A stretch of DNA of 32,000 nt from Candidatus Nanosynbacter lyticus. Its GTDB lineage: Bacteria; Patescibacteriota; Saccharimonadia; Saccharimonadales; Saccharimonadaceae. The position numbers and the translations under genes are program-made. The stretch covers positions 30,001 to 62,000 of the forward strand of contig NZ_CP007496.1 in NCBI RefSeq assembly GCF_000803625.1, in the 5' to 3' direction. The notes below the pieces were generated by a model that was given only the letters and a program-made list of their open reading frames with translations, was not told the DNA's origin and did no database searches. Shown piece after piece: positions 8,260-15,738 of this stretch. Positions within the stretch are counted from its first letter, which is position 1. Every line of letters starts with the position of its first letter.

Positions 8260-9169
8260 AGTTATTTTTATGATTCCAGCCAACAATTTCTATAGATCTC
8301 CGAAGATATTTAGTTGTATCTTGAACAACTTTTTTCTTGATGTCATTGGGAATTTCTTTATAAAATAAAGCAAAAGTTCTTTCTATATAGACGTCTAGTG
8401 GCCAATCTGAATTAAAAAAGCTCGTATTGTTGGCTATCAGATCTTGGTAGGCCATTACGGTTTCTGCAAAATCATTTAGACAATCAGATATAATACTGGT
8501 CTTGACTTTTGATTTACGACTTCTTGTAGTCTTTTTTATAATGATATAGGAAAGATCTGAGGACTCTTCGTAGACATCATATTTTTCTGGTTGACGGTCC
8601 TTGTGAAACTCTAGTGCCTGATACTCGTTAACTATTTTATTGTAGTATCCTTCACTCTGAAATATTCGAGCTTTTTCTACTAGATAATTAACTGCCCGCT
8701 TGATTTTTGCATGGTTGTTGTCTATAAAGTCTACGCCCTTTATAGATTTATTTTTAGTGCGGGTGTTTATCCAGTCACCCAGTAATATGGGCGGTATGCG
8801 TTTGCTATTTTTATAGAAATCTATAAAATCTTCTACCTTTAGCACTTGGATATCTTTTATAAATTTTCCGCCAGCACCAGTTTCTCTTGGCGTTAATAAC
8901 TGGCGAATATCCAGCATAAATCCTTTTTCATGGGTTTCAAATATATTCATTAAGAGACCCGCATTGTCTGGATCAAAATCACCAAATGATACGCTACCGT
9001 TTTCATGCTCTTCTTCGCTATGTCGTGCTTTTGAAACTTCCACGAGGACATGAAGAATTACTTCACGTTGGATAGCAGCACGAAGTGTTTCAGCGAAGTC
9101 ATCTTTTATATAGGTTTTCTTTTTATCTTCGCCGAAATATTCTTTATTAATATCTGATACCACAGGCAT
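8258..9169 (-). CDS. Hypothetical protein (303 aa) in an AT-rich islet
   Basis: This is a long ORF in a region much more AT-rich than its neighbours. I recognise no family motif. The ATG at 9169 is preceded by TATAAT-ataagt. The tracked TTG at 9205 is the alternative start. Confidence 0.6.
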   Translation of the reverse strand: MPVVSDINKEYFGEDKKKTYIKDDFAETLRAAIQREVILHVLVEVSKARHSEEEHENGSVSFGDFDPDNAGLLMNIFETHEKGFMLDIRQLLTPRETGAGGKFIKDIQVLKVEDFIDFYKNSKRIPPILLGDWINTRTKNKSIKGVDFIDNNHAKIKRAVNYLVEKARIFQSEGYYNKIVNEYQALEFHKDRQPEKYDVYEESSDLSYIIIKKTTRSRKSKVKTSIISDCLNDFAETVMAYQDLIANNTSFFNSDWPLDVYIERTFALFYKEIPNDIKKKVVQDTTKYLRRSIEIVGWNHKNN

Positions 9170-9181
9170 ACTTATATTATA
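9170..9181 (-). promoter_or_regulatory. -10 box placed for a leaderless transcript of the orphan gene
   Basis: The minus strand reads TATAAT (9181..9176)-ataagt-ATG(9169). Confidence 0.4.
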
Positions 9182-9573
9182 TGGTAGATAGTGAGCTGGC
9201 AACAATCTGGTGTCGACGGCTTTCTATATCATAATTACCTACGCCATGACAAACCAGAACATGAGAGTAGAATCAATTGCAAAAATCCTAACTAACAATT
9301 GTGACGGTAATGTTTTAAATTTGACTTTGAGCGAACATTTAAAATATCCAAGAGAAATTGTATCAGCCAGAGATATTGCGATGTGAATAGCGGGAATTTG
9401 TTTTTGTGGATACCAAGAATCTCCAGAATATGTGTCGCATATGTAGGCTAATCATGGTTTTCGGGTAGATGAGTAATAAGCTTGTCCAGAAAATAAGTGA
9501 CGTTGCAGATTGATATAAATTTCATACGGTATCTGATTATAGTAAAAATAGGTTGTAATTTTTACCAAATTAC

Positions 9574-9603
9574 TTGCAAAACACTAGATATAGCGGCTAT
9601 AGT
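9574..9603 (+). promoter_or_regulatory. nrdA promoter
   Basis: TTGCAA (9574-9579), an 18-nt spacer, then TATAGT (9598-9603). Confidence 0.55.
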
Positions 9604-9628
9604 TAGTGTTGTACGCTATATGTATAGC
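9581..9628 (+). promoter_or_regulatory. Tandem NrdR-box-like palindromes (candidate nrd operator)
   Basis: ACACTAGATATAGCGG (9581-9596) matches 13 of 16 positions of the remembered NrdR consensus acaCwAtATaTwGtgt. ACGCTATATGTATAGC (9613-9628) matches 11 of 16 and lies within the near-perfect palindrome CGCTATAT/GTATAGCG. The centres are about 32 bp apart. The first box fills the -35/-10 spacer. Confidence 0.6.
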
Positions 9629-9722
9629 GAGCCCATAAATAAACAAAAACACAAGCTATTAAGATGGGCTACCAGATGAGGTGCTGGTGGTCTGTTTTGG
9701 CGGGGTAAATTAAGGAGGGTAT

Positions 9723-12125
9723 GTGAAAGAAATTAACGTGATTAAGCGTGATGGCACAAAAGAGCCATTTGATGCTAATAAAATTAACACAGCTATTTTG
9801 AAAGCCTGTGATGGCTTGCCGGATCAAATTTCTAAAGTTGTTCAGGTGGCAACCGAATTGCAATTGACCTTATTTGACGGGATTACCACTGAACAGTTAG
9901 ATGAGGCAGTGATTCAGACGGTTTTACAGAATGTTAAGGATGATCCAGATTATGATAAGATTGCGGCACGTTTACTGCTTAAAACGGTCTATAAGCAGAT
10001 TCTAGGTGATTATGAAACAGCAGCAGAATTGAAGAAGCTTCACGCTCGTGAATTTCCTAAGTTTATTAAGGCTGCGGTTAAAGATGGACTGTTAGACAAG
10101 CGAATGGCAGATGGCCGGTTTGATTTGAAAAAGTTGGCAGCGGAACTTGATCCAGCAAGAGATGATTTAAGTAAATATTTGGGTGTGGTGACCAATAAAA
10201 ATCGTTATGCTCTTCGTAGGCAAAACGGTTCACCAATTGAAACGCCGCAATTCACTCATATGCGTATTGCTATGGGGCTTAGCTACAACGAGACTGATCC
10301 GACTGCTGCAGCGATTGAGTTTTATAATCACATGAGCAATCTGGAGTATGTTCCGGGCGGCTCAACGCGAGTTAATGCTGGCGGCTCCTTCCCGCAGCTC
10401 AGTAACTGTTTCTTGCTTAATGTTGACGACGATATGGAATCAATTGCTAAGGCGGTGCGTGACACGATGTGGATTGCCAAAGGTACTGGTGGTATTGGTA
10501 TTGGTTTTACAAAGCTACGTGCAGCGGGCAGTCCAGTTAAAACCACCAACACCGAATCAACCGGTCCGATTCCGTTTATGAAGATGATTGATACGGCGCT
10601 GTTTGCAGTTTCTCGTAAAGGTAAGAAAGCCGGTGCGGCTGCGATTTACATAGAGAACTGGCATTTGAATTTTGACCAATTTGTCGATCTTCGCCAAAAC
10701 TCTGGCGACCCGTATCTAAGAACCAGGTTTGCTAATACGGCAGTCTTTATCTCTGATGAATTTATGAAGAGAGTAGAGAAAGACCAAGATTGGTATTTGT
10801 TTGACCCTGCGGAAACTCCAGACTTGACGGAATTATATGGTGAAGATTTCTCGGCACGATATAAAGAATATGTAAAGATGGCAGAAGATGGGAAATTGCG
10901 TACGTTCGATAAGGTATCGGCTCGTCAGCAATTTAAGCGTATTTTGACCAGCCTACAAGCAACATCGCATCCGTGGTTGACTTGGAAAGATACAATTAAC
11001 GTGCGGGCGCTGAATAATAATACCGGTACAATTCATCTCAGTAACTTGTGTACGGAGATTACCTTGCCGCAGGATAAAAACAATATTGCAACCTGTAATT
11101 TGGTGAGTATCAATTTATCGGCATTTCTGAGCGAGGATAAAACTTGGGACTGGGATCGATTGAAAGAAGCGGCTCGTGCGGCGGTGCGACAATTGGACAA
11201 TTTGTGTGATATTACTCAAACTCCAATTCCAGAAGCAATGCACTCTAATCAGCAGACGCGAGCAATTGGTTTGGGTATGATGGGATTTTCTGACGTGCTG
11301 GAAAAATTGGGCTATTGCTATGAATCAAAAGAGGCTTACGATTTAATTGATCAATTGACGGAATTTATTAGCTATCATGCCATTGATCAGTCAGCTGATT
11401 TGGCGGCGGAGTTGGGTAGTTATCCAACATTTACCGGCAGTGGCTGGAGTAAGGGATTGTTGCCGATTGATACGGTTGATAAGTTATCTAAAGATCGCGG
11501 CGTGAAGGTGAAAATAGACCAAAAGACACGACTGGACTGGGATAGCTTGCGAAAGAAGGTGAAGAAGGGAATGCGAAATGCGACTATTATGGCAATTGCG
11601 CCAACGGCTAATATTGGGCATGTGGCGGGAACGACTCCTGGAATTGATCCGCAATTTGCACAGATTTTCAGTCGTTCGACTTTGAACGGTAAGTTTCTGG
11701 AAGTGAACCATAATTTAGTTCGCGATTTGAAGAAGCTTGGTCTGTGGGACAATTTGAAGGATGAGATTTTTGCGGCGCAGGGCGATATTCAAGATATTGA
11801 TGGTATTCCGCAAAACATCAAGGATGTCTATAAAACAAGTTTCCAGCTTAGTCCGTACGCGTTTATTGAGGTGGCGGCTAGGGCTCAGAAGTGGGTCGAT
11901 CAAGCGATTTCTCGAAATATGTACCTGGAGACGCGAGACATTGATGAATATGTGAAGATTTATTCGGAAGCGTGGAAGCGTGGCTTGAAAACGACATATT
12001 ATCTGCACGTTAAGCCGCGTCACCAGTCGGAGCAGACAACAGTTTCAGTTGATAAAATTGCAGAACAAAAAGTCCGCACAAATAGTAAAGTGCGCGGATT
12101 TGGATTTGCGAAAATTAATAAATAA
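9723..12125 (+). CDS. nrdA: Class I ribonucleotide reductase alpha subunit with an N-terminal ATP-cone
   Basis: ATP-cone VIKRDGTKEPFDANKI; active-site regions LSNCFLL, NLCTEITLP and ATCNLVSINL; the radical-transfer pair KTTYYLH. The GTG start lies 4 nt after the SD AAGGAGGG. Confidence 0.95.
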   Translation: MKEINVIKRDGTKEPFDANKINTAILKACDGLPDQISKVVQVATELQLTLFDGITTEQLDEAVIQTVLQNVKDDPDYDKIAARLLLKTVYKQILGDYETAAELKKLHAREFPKFIKAAVKDGLLDKRMADGRFDLKKLAAELDPARDDLSKYLGVVTNKNRYALRRQNGSPIETPQFTHMRIAMGLSYNETDPTAAAIEFYNHMSNLEYVPGGSTRVNAGGSFPQLSNCFLLNVDDDMESIAKAVRDTMWIAKGTGGIGIGFTKLRAAGSPVKTTNTESTGPIPFMKMIDTALFAVSRKGKKAGAAAIYIENWHLNFDQFVDLRQNSGDPYLRTRFANTAVFISDEFMKRVEKDQDWYLFDPAETPDLTELYGEDFSARYKEYVKMAEDGKLRTFDKVSARQQFKRILTSLQATSHPWLTWKDTINVRALNNNTGTIHLSNLCTEITLPQDKNNIATCNLVSINLSAFLSEDKTWDWDRLKEAARAAVRQLDNLCDITQTPIPEAMHSNQQTRAIGLGMMGFSDVLEKLGYCYESKEAYDLIDQLTEFISYHAIDQSADLAAELGSYPTFTGSGWSKGLLPIDTVDKLSKDRGVKVKIDQKTRLDWDSLRKKVKKGMRNATIMAIAPTANIGHVAGTTPGIDPQFAQIFSRSTLNGKFLEVNHNLVRDLKKLGLWDNLKDEIFAAQGDIQDIDGIPQNIKDVYKTSFQLSPYAFIEVAARAQKWVDQAISRNMYLETRDIDEYVKIYSEAWKRGLKTTYYLHVKPRHQSEQTTVSVDKIAEQKVRTNSKVRGFGFAKINK

Positions 12126-12138
12126 GGAGGAAATTAAG

Positions 12139-13116
12139 ATGGGAATTTTAGGTTCAGGTCTGCGTGACGGTTTGTCACTTCACCCAATTCGTTACCCTTG
12201 GGCATATGATCTTTATAATCAAGCAGTGGCTAACACGTGGTTTCCAAATGAAGTTCAATTAGTTCAAGATTTGGCAGATTTTGAAAAATTGTCAGATGAT
12301 GAAAAGCACGCATTGAAAACAGTTATTAGTTATTTGAACCCAAACGAGTTATTGATCAATAAATCGTTAGCGTTCGGTATTTATCCATATGTGAACGCGG
12401 CGGAAGCTCAACTATACTTGTCAAAACAGATGTGGGAAGAAGCTAATCACTTCATGACGTTTGAATACATTATTGAGACATTTCCGTTTGATCGCGAGGA
12501 GATTTACGCTGCGGGCTTTGGTAAAAAATCATTGGCAGATAAGGCTGACTTCCAGAATAAGCATTTGGATGTGATGCTTGATCCGAATTTGGATATTTAT
12601 TCGCTGGAAGGTAAGAAGGACTTTGTTCGTTCATTGGTGGCATATAACATTGTGCTGGAGGGAATTTGGTTCTATTCGGGCTTTATGGTTGGCATGAGTT
12701 TCCGTCAGCGTAATTTGTTGCGCAATGTTGGCTCACTACTGGACTGGATTACTCGCGATGAAAATCTTCATTTGACGTTTGGTATCAATTTGCTTTTGAC
12801 GATTTTGGACGAGAATCCAGAATTGCAAACACAGGAATTTGCAGAAGAAATCCGTGGCTTGATTTTGCAGGCGGTAGAGCTTGAAAAAGCTTATAACAAA
12901 GATATGCTACCAAAGGGCATTTTGGGCTTGAACGCTGATTATGTCAATCAATATGTCATGCATATGACGGACCGTCGTTTGCAAGAATTGGGCTTTGAGC
13001 CAGAGTATAATGTGCCAAATCCAGCTAAATGGATGGCGGCCGCTAATGACACGTTGGAATTGGTAAACTTCTTTGAGAGTACAAATACTAGCTATGAAGT
13101 TAATACCACGAAGTAA
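12139..13116 (+). CDS. nrdB: Class I ribonucleotide reductase beta subunit, class Ic-like (R2c)
   Basis: Ferritin-like ligand pattern E70...E101-x2-H104...E174...E208-x2-H211, with F108 at the radical-Tyr position. It strongly resembles my recollection of Chlamydia R2c (WEEANHFMTF vs FEEAVHTHTF). The SD AAGGAGG lies 8 nt before the ATG at 12139. Confidence 0.92.
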   Translation: MGILGSGLRDGLSLHPIRYPWAYDLYNQAVANTWFPNEVQLVQDLADFEKLSDDEKHALKTVISYLNPNELLINKSLAFGIYPYVNAAEAQLYLSKQMWEEANHFMTFEYIIETFPFDREEIYAAGFGKKSLADKADFQNKHLDVMLDPNLDIYSLEGKKDFVRSLVAYNIVLEGIWFYSGFMVGMSFRQRNLLRNVGSLLDWITRDENLHLTFGINLLLTILDENPELQTQEFAEEIRGLILQAVELEKAYNKDMLPKGILGLNADYVNQYVMHMTDRRLQELGFEPEYNVPNPAKWMAAANDTLELVNFFESTNTSYEVNTTK

Positions 13117-13131
13117 TAAGGATGTAATTTT

Positions 13132-13527
13132 ATGAACGAACTGGCAAAAGAAATATTAGATACTGTTGAAGTTGGCGCCCTGGCTACTGTTAATGCTGAT
13201 AGGACACCACTGGTGACGCCAATACATTTTGCACGACTGGACGATTCAATAATTTGGATATCAGAACCGACTGCGCGACATTCAGTAAACGCATTTCGCA
13301 GCGGCAAGGCAGAATTTGTGGTTTGGGATGATCAAAAGCGGGCAGTTTTCTTAAAAACTAATGTAACTGAATTGTCAGAATCTGAAAAAGAAGCGGCTAT
13401 GGCGGCCTATAAGAAGAAATTGCCTAGCTTTATGCCACGCTGTCAGAATCCGCAATTATATATTGCACCAATCGGTAAACTTGATGAAAAAACCACAACA
13501 GGAAGTTGGCTACACTTTATTGCATAA
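13132..13527 (+). CDS. Pyridoxamine-5'-phosphate-oxidase-like (FMN-binding split-barrel) family protein
   Basis: 131 aa. The N-terminal pattern GALATVNADRTPLVTPIHF...IIWIS is typical of PNPOx-like small flavoproteins. It starts 15 nt after the nrdB stop with the SD AAGGA, so it is probably co-transcribed. Confidence 0.6.
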   Translation: MNELAKEILDTVEVGALATVNADRTPLVTPIHFARLDDSIIWISEPTARHSVNAFRSGKAEFVVWDDQKRAVFLKTNVTELSESEKEAAMAAYKKKLPSFMPRCQNPQLYIAPIGKLDEKTTTGSWLHFIA

Positions 13528-13575
13528 GCGCTATATCTAGCGTACAATTAGTTAAGTAACTACTAAATATAGGGG
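13520..13575 (+). promoter_or_regulatory. Promoter plus tandem NrdR-box-like operator upstream of the 57-aa mini-ORF
   Basis: TTGCAT (13520-13525), a 17-nt spacer, then TACAAT (13543-13548). Box GCGCTATATCTAGCGT (13528-13543) fills the spacer. A second box, CTACTAAATATAGGGG (13560-13575), is centred exactly 32 bp downstream. The reverse complement of the first box differs at 1 of 14 core positions from the nrdA box. Confidence 0.6.
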
Positions 13576-13584
13576 AAAATGAAA

Positions 13585-13758
13585 ATGAACGCAAGTCAAA
13601 TTATTACTGATGATATGACATTGGAAGAAAAATTGAGCGCTATTGATGCTGCCTTGAAAGCTGCTCAAGATGTGGCCGATGATCAAGCAAAGGCAAATGG
13701 TACTGTTGCTGCGCCAATTGATCCGGCAAGTTTGACTATCTGCGACGGTTGCGAATAA
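13585..13758 (+). CDS. Acidic 57-aa mini-protein ending in C-D-G-C-E
   Basis: It is below the ORF-track size cutoff and I translated it by hand: MNASQIITDDMTLEEKLSAIDAALKAAQDVADDQAKANGTVAAPIDPASLTICDGCE. The SD AGGGG lies 9 nt upstream. An in-frame ATG at 13579 is the alternative start. Confidence 0.55.
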   Translation: MNASQIITDDMTLEEKLSAIDAALKAAQDVADDQAKANGTVAAPIDPASLTICDGCE

Positions 13759-13779
13759 GAAACTCTCGGAAGCTTTTCA

Positions 13780-13808
13780 TTGACAAATTAAAAATAATGT
13801 GATATCAT
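13780..13808 (+). promoter_or_regulatory. Near-consensus promoter upstream of the second mini-ORF
   Basis: TTGACA (13780-13785), a 17-nt spacer, then TATCAT (13803-13808), preceded by TGtGA. Confidence 0.55.
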
Positions 13809-13843
13809 TTTACTATATAAAAATTAAAACAAAAAGGAATAAA

Positions 13844-14002
13844 ATGGCTGAAGAAAAAGACGTTCATGGGCTCACGGAAAGTGTATTAAGTCGAGATGAT
13901 ATGTCAGCGCTAGCATATGTATTGCAACATGTGAAAGGCGCCAGTCCAAGTTCGGTGACGAAGCTGAGTTTGGAGTTGGAAGAACTTGACGAAGCGGTGT
14001 AA
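13844..14002 (+). CDS. Acidic 52-aa hypothetical mini-protein
   Basis: MAEEKDVHGLTESVLSRDDMSALAYVLQHVKGASPSSVTKLSLELEELDEAV. An AAAGGA SD-like element sits upstream of the ATG at 13844. The tracked start at 13799 lies inside the promoter. Confidence 0.45.
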   Translation: MAEEKDVHGLTESVLSRDDMSALAYVLQHVKGASPSSVTKLSLELEELDEAV

Positions 14003-14037
14003 GTAGTTACTTTAGCTAGATAATAAACCACCTCTGT

Positions 14038-14052
14038 TGTATACTGTAGGTT
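14038..14052 (+). promoter_or_regulatory. -10 box placed for a leaderless argS mRNA
   Basis: tTG-TATACT (14040-14045)-gtaggtt-ATG(14053). Confidence 0.5.
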
Positions 14053-15684
14053 ATGGAACAGATTATTTATCAGGCGGTGAAGCAACTTTTTGATCAAGAA
14101 GTATCAGTGCAGTTGACGCGTCCTGATCCAAAGTTTGGTGACTTTGCGACGAATGTGGCGCTGCAGCTAGCGAAGCCGCTGGGTAAGAATCCGCGCGAGA
14201 TTGCCGAGGCAATCGCGGAAGAGTTGCGCGGTCATGAGGAACTGGGCGAGGTGAGCGTGGCTGGACCAGGCTTTATCAACGTGACGTTAAGCGATCAAGC
14301 GGTGCTTGAGTTATTGAAAGTGCGACCGGCCACCAATCGCTCAGGGCAAACAGTGGTCATTGAAACCAATTGCCCAAATCCGTTTAAGGCCATGCATATT
14401 GGTCACGCTTTGAATGCGATTTTGGCGGACACGATGGCGAATTTGCTAGCGGTGGATGGTGCGTCAGTACACCGAGTGAGTTACCACGGCGACGTCGGCA
14501 CACATGTCGGCAAGAGCATGTGGGCGATTCTTCGCGAAATTGACGGTGATGTCAGCAAACTAGATGCCATTCCGGCCGACAAGCGCAACGAGTTTATGAG
14601 CCGTATGTATGTTGAAGGGGCGCGGGCAGCTAAGGAATCGCCAGAGGTGCGGGCAGAAATTGATGAGCTAGCCAAGCAATCGTTTGTGCTGGACGACCCG
14701 CTGTACAAGCAAGTGTATGAGATTTGTAAAGCCTGGAGTTTTGATGAAATTGATACCAATGTGGCACGGCTGGGTAATGTGCCGATTGAGCGGCGCTACG
14801 TTGAGAGCGAAACCGAAGTGCCAGGCAAGGCCTTGATTAAAGCAAAAACCCCAGAGGTCTTTACGAAGTCTGATGGTGCGTATATCTTCAAAGGCAGCCA
14901 ATACGGTACGTTTGATAATGTGTTCATCGGTTCGCACGGCAACGGACTATACGGCGCGCACGATATGGGGCTGATTCAGTTGAAACATCAAGATTATCCA
15001 AATCTGGACCTATCGATTACGGTCAACGGCGAAGAGCAGGCGGCGTATTTCCGTGGGGTGATCGCGGCTAGTGAATTGGCGATTCCAGAATTGAAAGGTA
15101 AATTGTTTAATTATGTGACTGGCCTGGTTAAATTGACAACTGGAAAAATGAGCTCGCGAACGGGTGAGGTTGTTACAATTGGCTGGCTGTTTGACGAGTT
15201 TAAGAAGGCAATTGAAAATGCTGGTGGTGAACCAACTGACGACGTGATTGCTGGCGCGCTTCGTTATCAATTCTTGAAGGTGAAGATCGGTGGCGACGTC
15301 ATATTTGATATAAATGAAGCTGTAAGCCTGACGGGTAACACCGGTAGCTATCTGCAATACGCACACGCTCGGGCGCGCGGGATTTTGGCAAAGTCTGAAC
15401 AAGCAGCCACGTTCCCGACAGAATTGTTCGACGAAGACCGGCTGTTAGTCAGGAAATTGAGTGAATATACGGAGGCGGTTAACCGTGCCACCGAGAGCTT
15501 GGAGCCGCATCATATCTGTGCCTACCTGTTTGAGTTGGCACAGGAGTTCAATCGTTACTACGAGAAAAATCAAGTTGTCGGCAGCGATAAAGAAGTGCAT
15601 CGTGTCGGTCTGGTGGCGGTGTATGCTGATATTTTGAAGGCGGGATTAACCGTTTTGGGTATTGTAGCACCAGAGAGATTGTAA
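14053..15684 (+). CDS. argS: Arginine--tRNA ligase
   Basis: N-terminal Arg-tRNA-synthetase add-on domain, the class I HIGH motif (AMHIGHALN), a KMSS-like GKMSSRTGE and a C-terminal anticodon-binding DALR-type region. 543 aa. Confidence 0.93.
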   Translation: MEQIIYQAVKQLFDQEVSVQLTRPDPKFGDFATNVALQLAKPLGKNPREIAEAIAEELRGHEELGEVSVAGPGFINVTLSDQAVLELLKVRPATNRSGQTVVIETNCPNPFKAMHIGHALNAILADTMANLLAVDGASVHRVSYHGDVGTHVGKSMWAILREIDGDVSKLDAIPADKRNEFMSRMYVEGARAAKESPEVRAEIDELAKQSFVLDDPLYKQVYEICKAWSFDEIDTNVARLGNVPIERRYVESETEVPGKALIKAKTPEVFTKSDGAYIFKGSQYGTFDNVFIGSHGNGLYGAHDMGLIQLKHQDYPNLDLSITVNGEEQAAYFRGVIAASELAIPELKGKLFNYVTGLVKLTTGKMSSRTGEVVTIGWLFDEFKKAIENAGGEPTDDVIAGALRYQFLKVKIGGDVIFDINEAVSLTGNTGSYLQYAHARARGILAKSEQAATFPTELFDEDRLLVRKLSEYTEAVNRATESLEPHHICAYLFELAQEFNRYYEKNQVVGSDKEVHRVGLVAVYADILKAGLTVLGIVAPERL

Positions 15685-15738
15685 CCATCCCGTAATAGTA
15701 TGGTACAATCAAGGCGTTACTTAATGTAAAGGAGCTAT

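Noticed and set aside
9246-9386. 46-aa ORF divergent from the AT-rich orphan gene
   Set aside because: It has no convincing SD or correctly spaced -10 and no recognisable fold signature. I mention it only as something to test within the islet finding.
9206-9722. Possible cobalamin riboswitch or other structured leader upstream of the RNR operon
   Set aside because: The RNR is class I, so it is not B12-dependent. I saw no B12-box-like element. Only a short 7-bp hairpin (9670-9691) is present, and that is not distinctive.
8150-9722. Integrated mobile element at tRNA-Ser (integrase, att direct repeat)
   Set aside because: I found no integrase or recombinase ORF and no repeat of the tRNA 3' end by eye. 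Only compositional atypicality remains, and that is reported as a finding rather than as a mobile-element feature.
9497-9863. ORFs 9497-9679 (+) and 9669-9863 (-) around the nrdA leader
   Set aside because: They overlap the predicted nrdA promoter, operator and 5' end. They have no SD or motif and an AT-rich random-looking composition.
12049-12138. Upstream extension of nrdB, and similar extensions of groES (2306), groEL (2625), mutM (27541), holA (28524) and the mini-ORF (13799)
   Set aside because: These extensions overlap the preceding gene or promoter elements. The conserved N-termini with a properly spaced SD or -10 start further downstream.
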